From positions 1 through 57,691 of the IMG/VR virus record IMGVR_UViG_3300037634_002466: DNA of 57,691 bases, one strand, 5' to 3'. A program made the translations under genes and the position numbers. Under the pieces are notes generated by a model. It worked only from the letters and a program-made list of their open reading frames with translations. It made no database searches and had not been told where the DNA came from. Each line of letters opens with the position of its first letter. The stretch's first letter is position 1. The DNA is from a virus. Lineage: Duplodnaviria; Caudoviricetes. Of this stretch, positions 15,095-25,374 are shown piece by piece.

Positions 15095-17701
15095 GTGACT
15101 AAACATTAACTCTTGAACTTCTAACAACTTATGCATGAGTTCTGTAGATGAATATTCTGTACTAGAATCTTCCCTTCTTTCCCCAGGGTAATAACCTTCA
15201 GGAACATTAAAATCTACTGCTGTAATATCCTTTTTAAGACTAAACCCTATAGAACCTACACGCATTACTGTATCATACCAAGATACTTCACTTGAAGGGG
15301 AGTCAGATCCCATAAAAGAGCTTAAAGTATCTTTTATAAGTTTATTTCTTTTATGTCTAGCTGTTTTATTCTTTTTGGGGTTTACTACAGTATCATTAGC
15401 ATCATTCCTATCATAAGCTCCCCTAGCTATTAATAAAGCCATGGTATGCTTCCAGGATTCTCTAGTGTCAGCGTCTCCACTCTCTAATCCTTCCCTAATA
15501 CTGTTACTAAATAACATATTTTGTAATTCCTTCTTAACTTTTTCAGCCATTAGAATATCTTTAGGGTCATCTGATTGAGTTGTTAATTTCTTTACCTGTT
15601 CATCAGATATGTTTAAAGGGTTGTCTGCACCCCCTAAAGCACCCCATAACTCATTTCGTACTTCTTGTGTAGTAAGGGTAGTTGATTCTGCGTTTTGTAG
15701 TTTATCTATATTTGCATACTTTTCAGAAATAGAATCTAGATTCTCCATAACCTTAGGTATGTGGTCCTTAGATTTAAATAAACTAGTCATCCCTTTTAAC
15801 CATGCAGCCTCTTCGGGATCTTTAGAACTACCTAACCTACTTAATTCACTAGATAAAGTACCAGTAATAGTTCTAACTGGAGGTTGTTTACCCATACGGT
15901 ATCTACCAGTCGTCTCGTATTTTAAACTGTCATACCCTACATAAACCTCTTGGTCATCAGATACATCTCCCCACCTATTTTTAAAATCTTTCCACGCTTG
16001 CGCTGCCTTTTCTGGGGGTACACTTCCAGTAACTAATTGCTTTATATTTTGTGAAGTTTTATCAAACCCAGTTCCCTGAAATTTCTTAGCCTTATCTTTA
16101 TCGGTAAATAGGTAGAATTGATCAGACTTAAAACCTTTCTTCCCTCCCCCAGTACCAACCCTTAGTATATAATCAGCACCACAACCCCTAACCTGATCTG
16201 CACGAAGTCTTATTAGCTTCTCTGCAAACTTCTCAAACTGTAAGTCTCCATAGTCTGATTTTAAATTCTTTACTGCATCTTGTACCAGAGTCCACTCTTC
16301 TGTTAGCGCAAAACCCTCACTAGGTAAATCAGACTGGATAACCCGTAATGCTTTATTAAGATTATCCCCCCACTTATCTCTCAGGTCAGTATATAATTCA
16401 GCAGCCCGTTGGTGATTAGTTTTAGATCCCTTCTTGCGATCCTCACTATCTGGCTTATACAATAAGAGCATTATTTGATCTGCTTGTTCCGACAATTCTG
16501 TAACTACTTGATTAGAGTCTAACGCAGCGTCACTATTCCTATAATTGGATTCTCTATCCTGAATAGGTATGGAGTATAAGGAAGAGTCAAAATCAGGGTC
16601 ATCATCTTTCTTCTTTTTTAAAAAGTTATTGTAATTATCAAAATCCTTTAAGAATCTATCAGCCATACCAGGAGCAGCGGTAAAATTAATACCTGTGTCA
16701 TCCCCAGCGTTAAAGTATAGTTCTCTAGTACCATCCTCACTTATTACAAAGTTTAAATTATCCCTAATAAAAGATAGCTCGTTGTCAGCAGCCCTATTTT
16801 TGTTCCTAACTATATCTACAGACTTTATCATAGTAGATACTGCACCCAAAACTTGCTCCTCAGTGGCTATAACTTTCCCTAAATCCATATCCCCAAGAGT
16901 ACCTAACTTCACTCCCCTTTCTTTACCTTCCCTAATAGTTTTATTTAAGACTGCAAATATAGATCTTTTCTTTTCTGGATCATAGAACTCACTTTCAGGT
17001 TTACCTTCAGTGGCATCCCACCCCCTATCCATAAGCTTTATAAGCTGAGTTCTAACCTCTGGGCTATCCTTATATAAATCTAGTAATGCCGCACCTTCAT
17101 TACTGTTTTCTAAATAATAAGCTTGGGGAGTTTTAGCTACCCCAGCTTCTTCCGCTCCCTCTCCACCCCCCCAATAATATCTACCCACAGCAGTTCTATA
17201 CCATCCAAGCACAGTAGAATCAACAGAGCAATTCTTCTTAACTATTGGAGATTTTGGGTGCTGAGGCCAAACAACCCCATCTCCACACGCACCGTCTGCG
17301 CCACCAGCCAAAGAACCAGAGTCACCATTAGCGGTAGGCTTCTCCTTCTTCTCCTCTTCTTCTTCAGTAACAGTTTTCTTAGGTGTAGATCCAGGGATAA
17401 GTTGTAATTCATCACTTAAACCTTTCGCCAACGCTAAATTAGGTTGGCTAGTTACTGATTGTTTGCCTGGAATAGTGGGGGATTCTACATCAACCCCTGG
17501 AAACATAGAGGTTAGTAACTTTACTGTAGCCTGTACAGTTGAATCAGCTTTAGTATTACTATCCCGCATCTTAAGAAGAGCGGCAAATGAAGGAGGTTTA
17601 CCTAATTCATCAGGCTTCTTACCTGCCTCATCTAAGGTGATACGAAACTTCCTCTTCTTAAGAAGTGCGTAGCTAGTTAATAAATCTGTAAAGAAATCCA
17701 T
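15080..17701 (-). CDS. Large hypothetical protein, candidate internal head or ejected protein
   Basis: 873 aa and hydrophilic; LDE/A near the N-terminus; weak KSD...SLK nuclease-like pattern. Confidence 0.6.
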   Translation of the reverse strand: MDFFTDLLTSYALLKKRKFRITLDEAGKKPDELGKPPSFAALLKMRDSNTKADSTVQATVKLLTSMFPGVDVESPTIPGKQSVTSQPNLALAKGLSDELQLIPGSTPKKTVTEEEEEKKEKPTANGDSGSLAGGADGACGDGVVWPQHPKSPIVKKNCSVDSTVLGWYRTAVGRYYWGGGEGAEEAGVAKTPQAYYLENSNEGAALLDLYKDSPEVRTQLIKLMDRGWDATEGKPESEFYDPEKKRSIFAVLNKTIREGKERGVKLGTLGDMDLGKVIATEEQVLGAVSTMIKSVDIVRNKNRAADNELSFIRDNLNFVISEDGTRELYFNAGDDTGINFTAAPGMADRFLKDFDNYNNFLKKKKDDDPDFDSSLYSIPIQDRESNYRNSDAALDSNQVVTELSEQADQIMLLLYKPDSEDRKKGSKTNHQRAAELYTDLRDKWGDNLNKALRVIQSDLPSEGFALTEEWTLVQDAVKNLKSDYGDLQFEKFAEKLIRLRADQVRGCGADYILRVGTGGGKKGFKSDQFYLFTDKDKAKKFQGTGFDKTSQNIKQLVTGSVPPEKAAQAWKDFKNRWGDVSDDQEVYVGYDSLKYETTGRYRMGKQPPVRTITGTLSSELSRLGSSKDPEEAAWLKGMTSLFKSKDHIPKVMENLDSISEKYANIDKLQNAESTTLTTQEVRNELWGALGGADNPLNISDEQVKKLTTQSDDPKDILMAEKVKKELQNMLFSNSIREGLESGDADTRESWKHTMALLIARGAYDRNDANDTVVNPKKNKTARHKRNKLIKDTLSSFMGSDSPSSEVSWYDTVMRVGSIGFSLKKDITAVDFNVPEGYYPGERREDSSTEYSSTELMHKLLEVQELMFSHLIKE

Positions 17702-17710
17702 ATTATATTA

Positions 17711-17748
17711 GAAAACCCAACCCAACCAAAGACACAGGCTGAGTTGGG
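17711..17748 (-). terminator. Intrinsic terminator after the tail tube gene
   Basis: Minus strand CCCAACTCAGCC-TGTGTCTTT-GGTTGGGTTGGG-TTTTCT: 12-bp stem that pairs fully (with G-U) only on the minus strand. Confidence 0.8.
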
Positions 17749-17776
17749 CTTTTACTCTAGTTATTATAGTTAGTTT

Positions 17777-18364
17777 TTATGCAGTGTCACCTGTATGAAG
17801 AATATAATCGTATCTAAAAGTTACTATAGCCGTATCAAATTCGTTAGTGGCGTAGTTTTTCTCAGCCTTAGCGAATCTTTTGGGGTAAAGACCAACAAGC
17901 TTAACCAATGAAACTGGAGACATTTTACCGTCAAGCTCAAGAACTTCGGCAGTAGTCTTAAATCTTCCTGGGGTATCCAAGAAAGTAGAAGTCATTTCCC
18001 CTGTAGCAGGATCATAAACTGTAGTAAAGTACTTGTACAACTGAACACCAGCCTTAGTCTTTAATAAATTATCAAAGGTCACTTCAAGCTCACCCATAGA
18101 AGGTCTACCAGGGTAGTAAGTAACATCATTAACTCTATTAACAAGAATATCTTCAACCTGAGCCATCATTCCTGTAACTTTTTTAGCAGCTATTGTAAGA
18201 GGCTTAGAAAAACCCAGAGGAATTTCGATGTCTGATGGTGGGAAGAAGGTTATCTCCCACTGATAAGCTCTCACAGAGTCTAAATCTTGAGAGATAACAG
18301 GTAACCCCTCAGTTTCGTTAAGGTCTCTGTTTAAGTTGTTAGCATAATAAGAAGACTTAGCCAT
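17777..18364 (-). CDS. gp19: Tail tube protein
   Basis: YYPGRP, LEVTF, LVGLYP, VTFRYD; directly downstream of the sheath gene. Confidence 0.85.
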   Translation of the reverse strand: MAKSSYYANNLNRDLNETEGLPVISQDLDSVRAYQWEITFFPPSDIEIPLGFSKPLTIAAKKVTGMMAQVEDILVNRVNDVTYYPGRPSMGELEVTFDNLLKTKAGVQLYKYFTTVYDPATGEMTSTFLDTPGRFKTTAEVLELDGKMSPVSLVKLVGLYPKRFAKAEKNYATNEFDTAIVTFRYDYILHTGDTA

Positions 18365-18375
18365 AATTTAATCCT

Positions 18376-20418
18376 TTAAAAAGTTGCCGATTGGCTCGTA
18401 AGGTTCAGTTCGAAGATAACAATTTCCGCTGCCTTGGTAGGCTTAATAAGAACTTTGCACCATAATTCGTTCCTATCAACCCGAACAGGAGTGTTCACAG
18501 TTTCATCACAGACAACCTTATAGTCCGTAATACCTCTTCTTCTACGAATATCATCGAGAAGGGGGTTAACAACATTCACAACTTTTTCCCAAGTCGTAGC
18601 GTCATTAGGCTCAAATACAAATCTTCTAGTAGAAGACAGTAAACTCTTACGAATAACAATAAGCATTCGTCTAACATTGATTCTATCAAGAGCAGTAGGA
18701 TTGCGTTGAGCAGTTCTTTGTCCAAAGATCATAATGCCCTGTTGGGGGAATTTAACAATTGGATTAACAACATTACCACCACTATACATGGAGTCTCTAT
18801 CGCCCTGGTTGACACTTACCTCCACATCCGTAGGTTTGGTCAATCTACCTCGTACAACGCCAGCAGGAGCAAACCAGGGGTCTCCTACATCGTCTGTGTA
18901 AGCCATCTGCCTAATAGCGAAGATAGCTGGATCATACCAACGATCTCTGGATGCCATCCCGTCAAAAGTCTTAACCCAAGGCCAGTACACAGCAGCATAA
19001 TTACTTACTATAGCAGCAGTCCTCTCATCAGATTGCCCATTAGTCCAATCAATAGCTTGTTGGACGGTAGTTAATCCCTGAGGAGGGGATACAGCAGCTA
19101 AGAAGTTTTGGCTAGTTTCCCCTAAATTAACTAGAGTATTTTGAACATTTTGATCAGTGATTCCTGGGATTATTGCCATTGAGATGTTAAGAGTATCATT
19201 ATCCAAAGCGTAAATACCAGTCTTGTTTATAGAATTACCTACTATATCATCAGGGACAGTCTCCGAACCATTATACCCACCAGCCAAAGCTTTACTTCCC
19301 GTAATAAGCTTGCAGAATCTTGGTGCAGCAACACCCACACCGTCACCAGCATCACCCTTAAGAGGACTACCTACCAAAGCACTCAATTGAGTTTGGAATG
19401 TTGGTAGAGAAGTAACACTAGCATCTGCTCCTTCATAGACAAAGTACCCTTTTATATAATCCGACTTTAAGTTGTCCACAGAACCTGTATTAATTACATC
19501 TTCCGCAAATGCTCCAGAAGCAACTAAGGCCAACCTAAATGATTCTGCTGCGGCACCGTCTTTATTTATATTTAAATTATTATTATAACCCCCAGTCTGA
19601 ATAACTTCAGCAGAATATCCACTAGTAGTTCCATCAGATTTTGCGCCTTCGTTGTAACCAATTCCTGGGTATAAACTTTGTACAGAATACCACAAGGAAT
19701 CGTCAACCCCCGTGTGAGCTATAGTACAACCAGTTACAGAAATAGTACTACTTACATTAACATCATAAGAACCAGCCTTATCGAATTTCTGTAAGGCAGA
19801 CAAGGGGGTACTATAACCAGCATTACTATAAGAAGACACAGTTAAGACCACTGAAGATCCAGCATAACCAGCAGCAACATAACCACCGCTTAAACCCGTA
19901 GCGGTATCATCGTAATACGCAGCGACAGAGGCACCGTCTAAAGCACCACCAACTATCTTCTGAATAGCTCTAGCTTGATCAGTGGAAGTTCCAGCAGGAA
20001 TGGCAAAAGATTTAGGCGCGACAAATTTATCAACACCACCAACAGCAACTTGAACCTTCAAATATAGGTCAGCAGTAACACCATATTGATTAGAACTTAC
20101 TTGAAACGCAGGACAACCCCCAATAGGAATAACAGCAGAAGCATCAAGAGATCCAGTTCCAGCGGCTCTAACATAGTAAAGAGCATTGGTGGTTTCTAGA
20201 ATCTCTACACACCCTTCCAATCCCTGACCAGTAATAGCCTCAGTAGGATTACCAAATTGTTGAAATAGTCTTTCCTGTGAAGTTATTAAAGTAGCTGTAT
20301 TAACTGGGCCTTGATTAGCAAAACCTACTACACCTACAACAGAGGGGTTGATAGAGACGGGATAATCACTATTATCCTTCTCAATAACATATACGCCAGG
20401 ACTTACAAAATTAGCCAT
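18376..20418 (-). CDS. gp18: Contractile tail sheath protein
   Basis: MANFVSPGVYVIEKD, YWPW, PWFAPAG..RG, FGQRT, DRINVRR, FEPND, IKPTKAAE. Confidence 0.97.
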   Translation of the reverse strand: MANFVSPGVYVIEKDNSDYPVSINPSVVGVVGFANQGPVNTATLITSQERLFQQFGNPTEAITGQGLEGCVEILETTNALYYVRAAGTGSLDASAVIPIGGCPAFQVSSNQYGVTADLYLKVQVAVGGVDKFVAPKSFAIPAGTSTDQARAIQKIVGGALDGASVAAYYDDTATGLSGGYVAAGYAGSSVVLTVSSYSNAGYSTPLSALQKFDKAGSYDVNVSSTISVTGCTIAHTGVDDSLWYSVQSLYPGIGYNEGAKSDGTTSGYSAEVIQTGGYNNNLNINKDGAAAESFRLALVASGAFAEDVINTGSVDNLKSDYIKGYFVYEGADASVTSLPTFQTQLSALVGSPLKGDAGDGVGVAAPRFCKLITGSKALAGGYNGSETVPDDIVGNSINKTGIYALDNDTLNISMAIIPGITDQNVQNTLVNLGETSQNFLAAVSPPQGLTTVQQAIDWTNGQSDERTAAIVSNYAAVYWPWVKTFDGMASRDRWYDPAIFAIRQMAYTDDVGDPWFAPAGVVRGRLTKPTDVEVSVNQGDRDSMYSGGNVVNPIVKFPQQGIMIFGQRTAQRNPTALDRINVRRMLIVIRKSLLSSTRRFVFEPNDATTWEKVVNVVNPLLDDIRRRRGITDYKVVCDETVNTPVRVDRNELWCKVLIKPTKAAEIVIFELNLTSQSATF

Positions 20419-20429
20419 TGTTTATTTCC

Positions 20430-20606
20430 TTATGCATTAGTAATTTTTAATATTCTTTTAGACGCAAGATTTCTAACAGTATTAGTTATGGCCGAAGGAG
20501 GTACAACCACCTGTTCTCTGGGAGTTAACCACATCGTCTTTGGTCCTTTAGGGGTGGCAATGGTTATCTCCATGCCAGTAAAGGAATCATTTTTAATTAC
20601 TTTCAT
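20430..20606 (-). CDS. Small 58-aa protein, not in the ORF track
   Basis: MKVIKNDSFTGMEITIATPKGPKTMWLTPREQVVVPPSAITNTVRNLASKRILKITNA; AGGAG RBS with ATAAATA upstream; fills the gp15-gp18 gap. Confidence 0.75.
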   Translation of the reverse strand: MKVIKNDSFTGMEITIATPKGPKTMWLTPREQVVVPPSAITNTVRNLASKRILKITNA

Positions 20607-20622
20607 AATATTCTCCTATATC

Positions 20623-20629
20623 TATTTAT
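20623..20629 (-). promoter_or_regulatory. Putative late promoter (ATAAATA) for the small ORF, sheath and tube genes
   Basis: Matches the T4 late consensus; lies in an intergenic gap just upstream of an RBS. Confidence 0.55.
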
Positions 20630-20661
20630 CCGTACACCAGACCACAACACCAATTATTTTT

Positions 20662-21417
20662 TTAAGAAACCCATAGCTCAGATACCACCTTCTCAATCCT
20701 ACCAGTGGAGGTAACCTTGAACTGTGGACTAGGTATATAGGTCTCTATCTCCACCAGGAAGCTTTTACGAAGAAGTCTATCCTCTCTATCAGGAGCAGAG
20801 GCTCCTTCCTTATTAGACTCTGATAGTAAAAAAGCCTTGATTGAATTGCTAATAGAAGTCTTCAACAATACACCAGGGTTGAACCTGCCTCTTATGGATT
20901 GTGATATTTGATCTATATCTTCCATATATTTACACCACAAATTCATACTATACTGTATAGTAACTGGAACATCAGCCACACTTATAACTCTTTCTGCTCT
21001 CTGTATATCGTCATTCCACACAGATCTTTGGATTAGGATATTATCGTACCTTCTTTTGGTAGTATCATCTTTGACGCTATCTTGCTGTATAGTTATCACA
21101 GGTAAGATAATATTGTTTTCCTGGAAGTATTTAGCTATCGTCCTTTCAGGGGCAGCATGGATAGATTTAACTCTCTGTAACTTATTTTCCCCATCAACGT
21201 AGGATATATTACCAAAAGACACTAGCATAGCTCTTAATAACTCTTTATATACTATGGGGGATAGCGTAGAATTACTGGTAGCCTCTAAAGCGAAACTTTT
21301 AAATTTCTCATAGGCAGATCTACCCACTATAGATGGTGTAGTTCCAGCGTATTCCGTAGTCTCTGCTAGAACTTCCGCTATAGTCTTACCTGTGTATACA
21401 TCTTCTCTATCCGTCAA
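20662..21417 (-). CDS. gp15: Tail terminator / sheath stabiliser, gp15-like
   Basis: LPVITI, VPVTIQYSMNLW, DQISQSI..RFNP; follows the neck genes. Confidence 0.7.
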   Translation of the reverse strand: MTDREDVYTGKTIAEVLAETTEYAGTTPSIVGRSAYEKFKSFALEATSNSTLSPIVYKELLRAMLVSFGNISYVDGENKLQRVKSIHAAPERTIAKYFQENNIILPVITIQQDSVKDDTTKRRYDNILIQRSVWNDDIQRAERVISVADVPVTIQYSMNLWCKYMEDIDQISQSIRGRFNPGVLLKTSISNSIKAFLLSESNKEGASAPDREDRLLRKSFLVEIETYIPSPQFKVTSTGRIEKVVSELWVS

Positions 21418-21979
21418 GGTTCAGATACCCCCCAAGATCATTACTACGCTCTGGTACATCCTCGTTATGGATTTCTTCAGTATCACGAAGGAGTCTAGCA
21501 GAGCAAGCCATGTGGTAAACCCCATATAGTTCAAAACTATCTTCTTGAACTTCAAACACTTCATACTTTTGGTTCTGAAATTTAGGCTCAATTATGTCCC
21601 CAGCAATAGGGATTCTATGTAAAGACTGTGTAATATAAGACTTATTAAAGATAAAGATTTGATCATTAGTTAATTCCAGACCAAACTCACTTAAGGATTC
21701 TTCTAGGACAGTCGGATCGTAATGTCCATGAACCAATAAGGGTTCTGAATCTATAACCTTACTACGACTCTCTAAATATACATCATCGAAATCTTCTGAG
21801 CGTCTAAATTTATAATAAAGTAGTTCAGAGCCCCCCAGTCTTATGATTTCATCGTCAACCAAGTTAAATAAATTAATATCATTGTTGGTTTGATCAAATA
21901 AACTAAGCTTCGTCCCCCCCAGAAGCTCTGGAAGGGGTGGCATAGGAGTACTTACTGTATATTTTTTATTTTTAGCCAT
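21407..21979 (-). CDS. gp14: Neck protein, gp14-like
   Basis: EIIRLGG, DDVYLE, FGLE..DQ, PIAGDII, YEVFEV. Confidence 0.75.
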   Translation of the reverse strand: MAKNKKYTVSTPMPPLPELLGGTKLSLFDQTNNDINLFNLVDDEIIRLGGSELLYYKFRRSEDFDDVYLESRSKVIDSEPLLVHGHYDPTVLEESLSEFGLELTNDQIFIFNKSYITQSLHRIPIAGDIIEPKFQNQKYEVFEVQEDSFELYGVYHMACSARLLRDTEEIHNEDVPERSNDLGGYLNLDG

Positions 21980-22851
21980 TAGTATGTACTAAATCTCGGG
22001 GGTTCTTCAATCTCCTTAATAAGCTCCATTTTAAGAGCCTCTTTCTCCTTCTCCCCCTCTCCTATAAGGGCAGCACCATTCATCTGAGTACCACCAGCAG
22101 GACTGGGAATTAAAGAGTATTTACTTCGTATCTCACCTAGTAATATTTTAGCACAAGCTAAAGTATATTTTTGTACCCAGTTTAGGTACGCTGGTGGCAT
22201 AGTATTTGTATCTAGATGCCTATACTGTAAGATAATAGGCTCTGGAGTTGTCGTAGGGGGAGGAGTAAGTTGTATATACTGATTATTAATTATATCCCAT
22301 GATCCATCTTGCCCTAATATCTTTCTAGTCATCTCCATATTAGCTTGGAGAAGATAGTAATCTCCAATACTAAAGTTATTAAAAAGATAATTGTCCTGGA
22401 AATATTTAATAAAGAAGTCAAATTCCAGAGTCCCTGCTTGTGCTTGGATGCTTAACAAAGACTTTTTGTATACAACATTAACTAAATTATTCAGAACCCA
22501 TGGGGGCATAGTGTATAAATTCACACCAGCGGAACCATCAAAGACAGCAAACTGTGTAGCCCAATAAGGAGTATGATAATCTAAAAGAGTTACGGACTCA
22601 TCAATACAAGTTTTAACTTGGTATGGGGTAAGCTCTACCCTGACAATAGGATGACCCATTCTAGCTAGAACAAAACTATTTATTTGCTCCTCAAAAGGAT
22701 TTAATTCTATAGCATCTGATTCAGTAGTTTTATTTAATGTATCTGGATCAATATAACCTAAAGGTTTATTATCTAGTATATTATTAGCTATTGGGTCAGT
22801 AACCCCTGTCTGCCCCCAGGTGGTGATTATTGGATTACCTATTGTTGCCAT
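21979..22851 (-). CDS. gp13: Neck protein / head-tail adaptor, gp13-like
   Basis: RMGHPIVRVEL, WVQKYTLA.AKILLGEIRSKY, PAGGTQMNG. Confidence 0.85.
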   Translation of the reverse strand: MATIGNPIITTWGQTGVTDPIANNILDNKPLGYIDPDTLNKTTESDAIELNPFEEQINSFVLARMGHPIVRVELTPYQVKTCIDESVTLLDYHTPYWATQFAVFDGSAGVNLYTMPPWVLNNLVNVVYKKSLLSIQAQAGTLEFDFFIKYFQDNYLFNNFSIGDYYLLQANMEMTRKILGQDGSWDIINNQYIQLTPPPTTTPEPIILQYRHLDTNTMPPAYLNWVQKYTLACAKILLGEIRSKYSLIPSPAGGTQMNGAALIGEGEKEKEALKMELIKEIEEPPRFSTY

Positions 22852-23059
22852 TATTTAATTTTCCTTTAGATGATTTTTTAGTACGCTTTTGCTTAGTACG
22901 CTTTTGCTTAGTAGGTTTAGGTTTTTCATTAATTAGTTTAATATTTGGATAATCTAACTCTACACTGGATTCAAATACCTGCTGTGGTCTCACCTCTAGT
23001 ATATCTGATCCTATGTAAAGAAGCATTTTAAACCTACATGTGCTTTTATATGTATACAT
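22835..23059 (-). CDS. Small basic protein
   Basis: 74 aa with a Lys-rich tail; preceded by CTATATA and AGGA. Confidence 0.6.
   Translation of the reverse strand: MYTYKSTCRFKMLLYIGSDILEVRPQQVFESSVELDYPNIKLINEKPKPTKQKRTKQKRTKKSSKGKLNNGNNR
22878..22913. repeat. 15-bp tandem repeat, about 2.4 copies, encoding TKQKR
   Basis: TTAGTACGCTTTTGC twice, then TTAGTA. Confidence 0.85.
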
Positions 23060-23068
23060 TTCCTACTT

Positions 23069-23075
23069 TATATAG
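23069..23075 (-). promoter_or_regulatory. Putative late promoter (CTATATA) for the neck operon
   Basis: Immediately downstream of the capsid terminator; context CTATATAAAGTAGGA is nearly identical to the 5957 site. Confidence 0.5.
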
Positions 23076-23079
23076 CCTT

Positions 23080-23120
23080 AAAAGAAAAATAGAGTGAGGA
23101 CTTTTTTTAGCCCTCACTCT
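23080..23120 (-). terminator. Intrinsic terminator after the major capsid gene
   Basis: Minus strand AGAGTGAGGGCT-AAAAAA-AGTCCTCACTCT followed by ATTTTTCTTTT. Confidence 0.85.
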
Positions 23121-23152
23121 ATGTTATCTTAAACTGTAGTGTCTAGTTAGAC

Positions 23153-24664
23153 TTAGACATTACCGCTGCCAAAGTTAGTGGCACTTTCGGTCCATCCACC
23201 AAGCAGACCACCAGGACCAGCAAAGCGAATAATACGATAGAATCTAGCTTCTGGCGTAATAGCAGCTTTGCCATACCGAGTAATCAGACCCTTACGAGGT
23301 TGGAATGTGTTAGGATCAATGACCTTCGGCAGACCTTGAAGAGGAATGTATGGAGCGTATATATAGCCAGCATCCATAGGACTGCTACCTTTATATCCCA
23401 TCATGATTTCATCTTCTGGGTACAGAGGATCAACATACAGATCATAACGACCCATGAACTTGCCGACATAAGCGATACCATTCTTGCTCATGTTAGTAGG
23501 TCCGTCAGCACGATCAATACCACCTTGCAGTTTAGCGGAAGACTCAAGAAGAGATGCAACCACAGGAGCGCAAAGAAGCCAGTTACCCGCACCACGCTGA
23601 GTAGACTTATAAATATCTTGTGAGGCAATGTTAATCAGAGCCAGCAAGTTAGCATAAGTATCTCCAACATGACGAGGAGCAAAGTTCAGAGCCGAAGAGG
23701 TCCAATCCATAAGATAAATATTATTCCTAGTACCTCTAGGGTTAGTAGGAAGACTAGCAGGGTTATTTTGGAAATCGCCAAAATTACTATCAACATTAGT
23801 ACCAGTGTTGGTAAAGTTGTTGGAGTTTCCCCAATCAAGGTTCTGTCTGTTGAAAGGACCAACAGTGCTAGTAACATCATATGCAATCATACGAATGTCT
23901 TCAATAAGTTCACGATCAATCTCAAGACGAAGTTCGGAACTAAGAAGATCCGTAAGTTCGCGCTCTAAATCAAGGTTGTGATAAGCCTTAAGGTCTTGAG
24001 AAGCCTCAAGAGTCCAAAGGGCTCTCATCTTACGGGTTCTAGCAACAACAGGCTGTTGCTCGATGTGGAAGGTCATATCAGGAATTCCAGTACCAGTAAG
24101 AAGTTCGCCAGCACTCATGGAGAATCCCCATGTAGATCTATCCGCAGCCCAGGCTGGGAAATCAGCAATCTCGCCACCATAGGTAGCAGAAGCGTTTCCA
24201 GCCTCACCAGCACCAAGATTCATATCAGAAAGGTCATAAGTAGTACCAGTATCAATAGAATTACCAAGTCCACCAATTTGAGAAGTCTCAAGACCGCCCC
24301 AAGTAAGGTTGTACTTGCTGTAAAGGGTGCGCTCTTGGGCACCATTAGCATTTCTGTCAGATCCAAGGTAGAACACCTGGGAAACAGGGCCGCTCATGGG
24401 CTGAACGCCACAAATCTTGTTGGCAATCAGTTCGGGGAACACCCGTCGAACGAGAGGGAAAGCGAATTTCTGAAAAGTACCCATAGACTGAGTAGTAGTT
24501 TGTTCCTCATCAAGTCTTTCGGTCATGATAGACTTAGCTTGGTTTTCCAGAAGTTGTGCCGTAACTCTCTGAACATAAGAATCTTCAATGTCCTCAAGAA
24601 CGGGAGCCCACTTCTCTAAAGTAGCATTGTCAGCCCCTGGTTCCATAATGTCATCATTAATCAT
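23153..24664 (-). CDS. gp23: Major capsid protein
   Basis: EKWAPVLE, LLENQ, PLVRRVFP.LIA, GVQPMSGP, TRKMRALWTLE..QDLKAYH, EIDRE, YAPYIPL, TFQPRKGLITRYG. Confidence 0.97.
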   Translation of the reverse strand: MINDDIMEPGADNATLEKWAPVLEDIEDSYVQRVTAQLLENQAKSIMTERLDEEQTTTQSMGTFQKFAFPLVRRVFPELIANKICGVQPMSGPVSQVFYLGSDRNANGAQERTLYSKYNLTWGGLETSQIGGLGNSIDTGTTYDLSDMNLGAGEAGNASATYGGEIADFPAWAADRSTWGFSMSAGELLTGTGIPDMTFHIEQQPVVARTRKMRALWTLEASQDLKAYHNLDLERELTDLLSSELRLEIDRELIEDIRMIAYDVTSTVGPFNRQNLDWGNSNNFTNTGTNVDSNFGDFQNNPASLPTNPRGTRNNIYLMDWTSSALNFAPRHVGDTYANLLALINIASQDIYKSTQRGAGNWLLCAPVVASLLESSAKLQGGIDRADGPTNMSKNGIAYVGKFMGRYDLYVDPLYPEDEIMMGYKGSSPMDAGYIYAPYIPLQGLPKVIDPNTFQPRKGLITRYGKAAITPEARFYRIIRFAGPGGLLGGWTESATNFGSGNV

Positions 24665-24683
24665 AATATAAAATCCGTATCAG

Positions 24684-25316
24684 TTAGTTTTTAGAGTCAG
24701 GCATGAAAGCCATAACCTCTTCGGTTAAGAACGGATTACCTAATGTATTTACAGGTCGTTTGTCCGTTATTGGATTGTCCACATTTTCAGTAATAATAAT
24801 AGCTTTCTCGGTGGACTCGAAATCGCTATTAACCTCTTCTTCAAGATTCACCACGGAATCCTGAAGTGTATTGTTTTGTTCAGTAAGAACTTCCATTTTA
24901 TCTTCGTAGTTAGTTAGAACCCTATCTAATCTATTATTCTCTTTAATAGCTTCAGATAATTCATAAGCAAGAACTTCGTTGTCCTTCTCTACCTTTTGTA
25001 TATCTTCGCTAACTTGAGACACCACGGGGTTCAAATCATCACGATCTATTTCAAATGCAAGCACAGTCTTAATATCCTTAAGGGCTTGAGCATCACGATA
25101 AATCTCATGAGACTCAGAAAGCTCTTCCAGAGCAGCCTCTTGGACAGTATCCATTTGATGACGAAGGAATGCGTGGACTTTATTCGTAAGCATATCCATC
25201 TCTTCATCAAGTCTTTCGGAAATAATATCTTGCATAACCTTTGCAATCTCCGAAATAAGCTCCTCACTCATTCCTTCGGGCAGTAAGTCTGCAATATCTT
25301 TTACTTTGTCTGACAT
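24684..25316 (-). CDS. gp22: Prohead core/scaffold protein
   Basis: Acidic coiled-coil between protease and capsid genes; ATG 25316 (MSDKVK) has an AGGAG RBS and is preferred to the GTG at 25349. Confidence 0.7.
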   Translation of the reverse strand: MSDKVKDIADLLPEGMSEELISEIAKVMQDIISERLDEEMDMLTNKVHAFLRHQMDTVQEAALEELSESHEIYRDAQALKDIKTVLAFEIDRDDLNPVVSQVSEDIQKVEKDNEVLAYELSEAIKENNRLDRVLTNYEDKMEVLTEQNNTLQDSVVNLEEEVNSDFESTEKAIIITENVDNPITDKRPVNTLGNPFLTEEVMAFMPDSKN

Positions 25317-25374
25317 AATTAAGTCTCCTATCTGTTTATATGTATGCACTCTACATTATTAGAGGTGTTTTTTA

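Noticed and set aside
15080-17701. Tape measure protein, based on its position after the tail tube
   Set aside because: It lacks the Ala/Gly-rich helical periodicity or TM segments of tape measures and is separated from the tube gene by a terminator.
22878-22913. 15-bp tandem repeat as a regulatory or phase-variable element
   Set aside because: It is an in-frame duplication within a low-complexity Lys-rich tail; copy-number change would not shift the frame.
23300-24619. Long plus-strand ORFs opposite the capsid gene (and similar ones opposite gp32, the sheath and the Cys-rich gene)
   Set aside because: These are shadow ORFs from codon bias on the antisense strand; they have no motifs or RBS.
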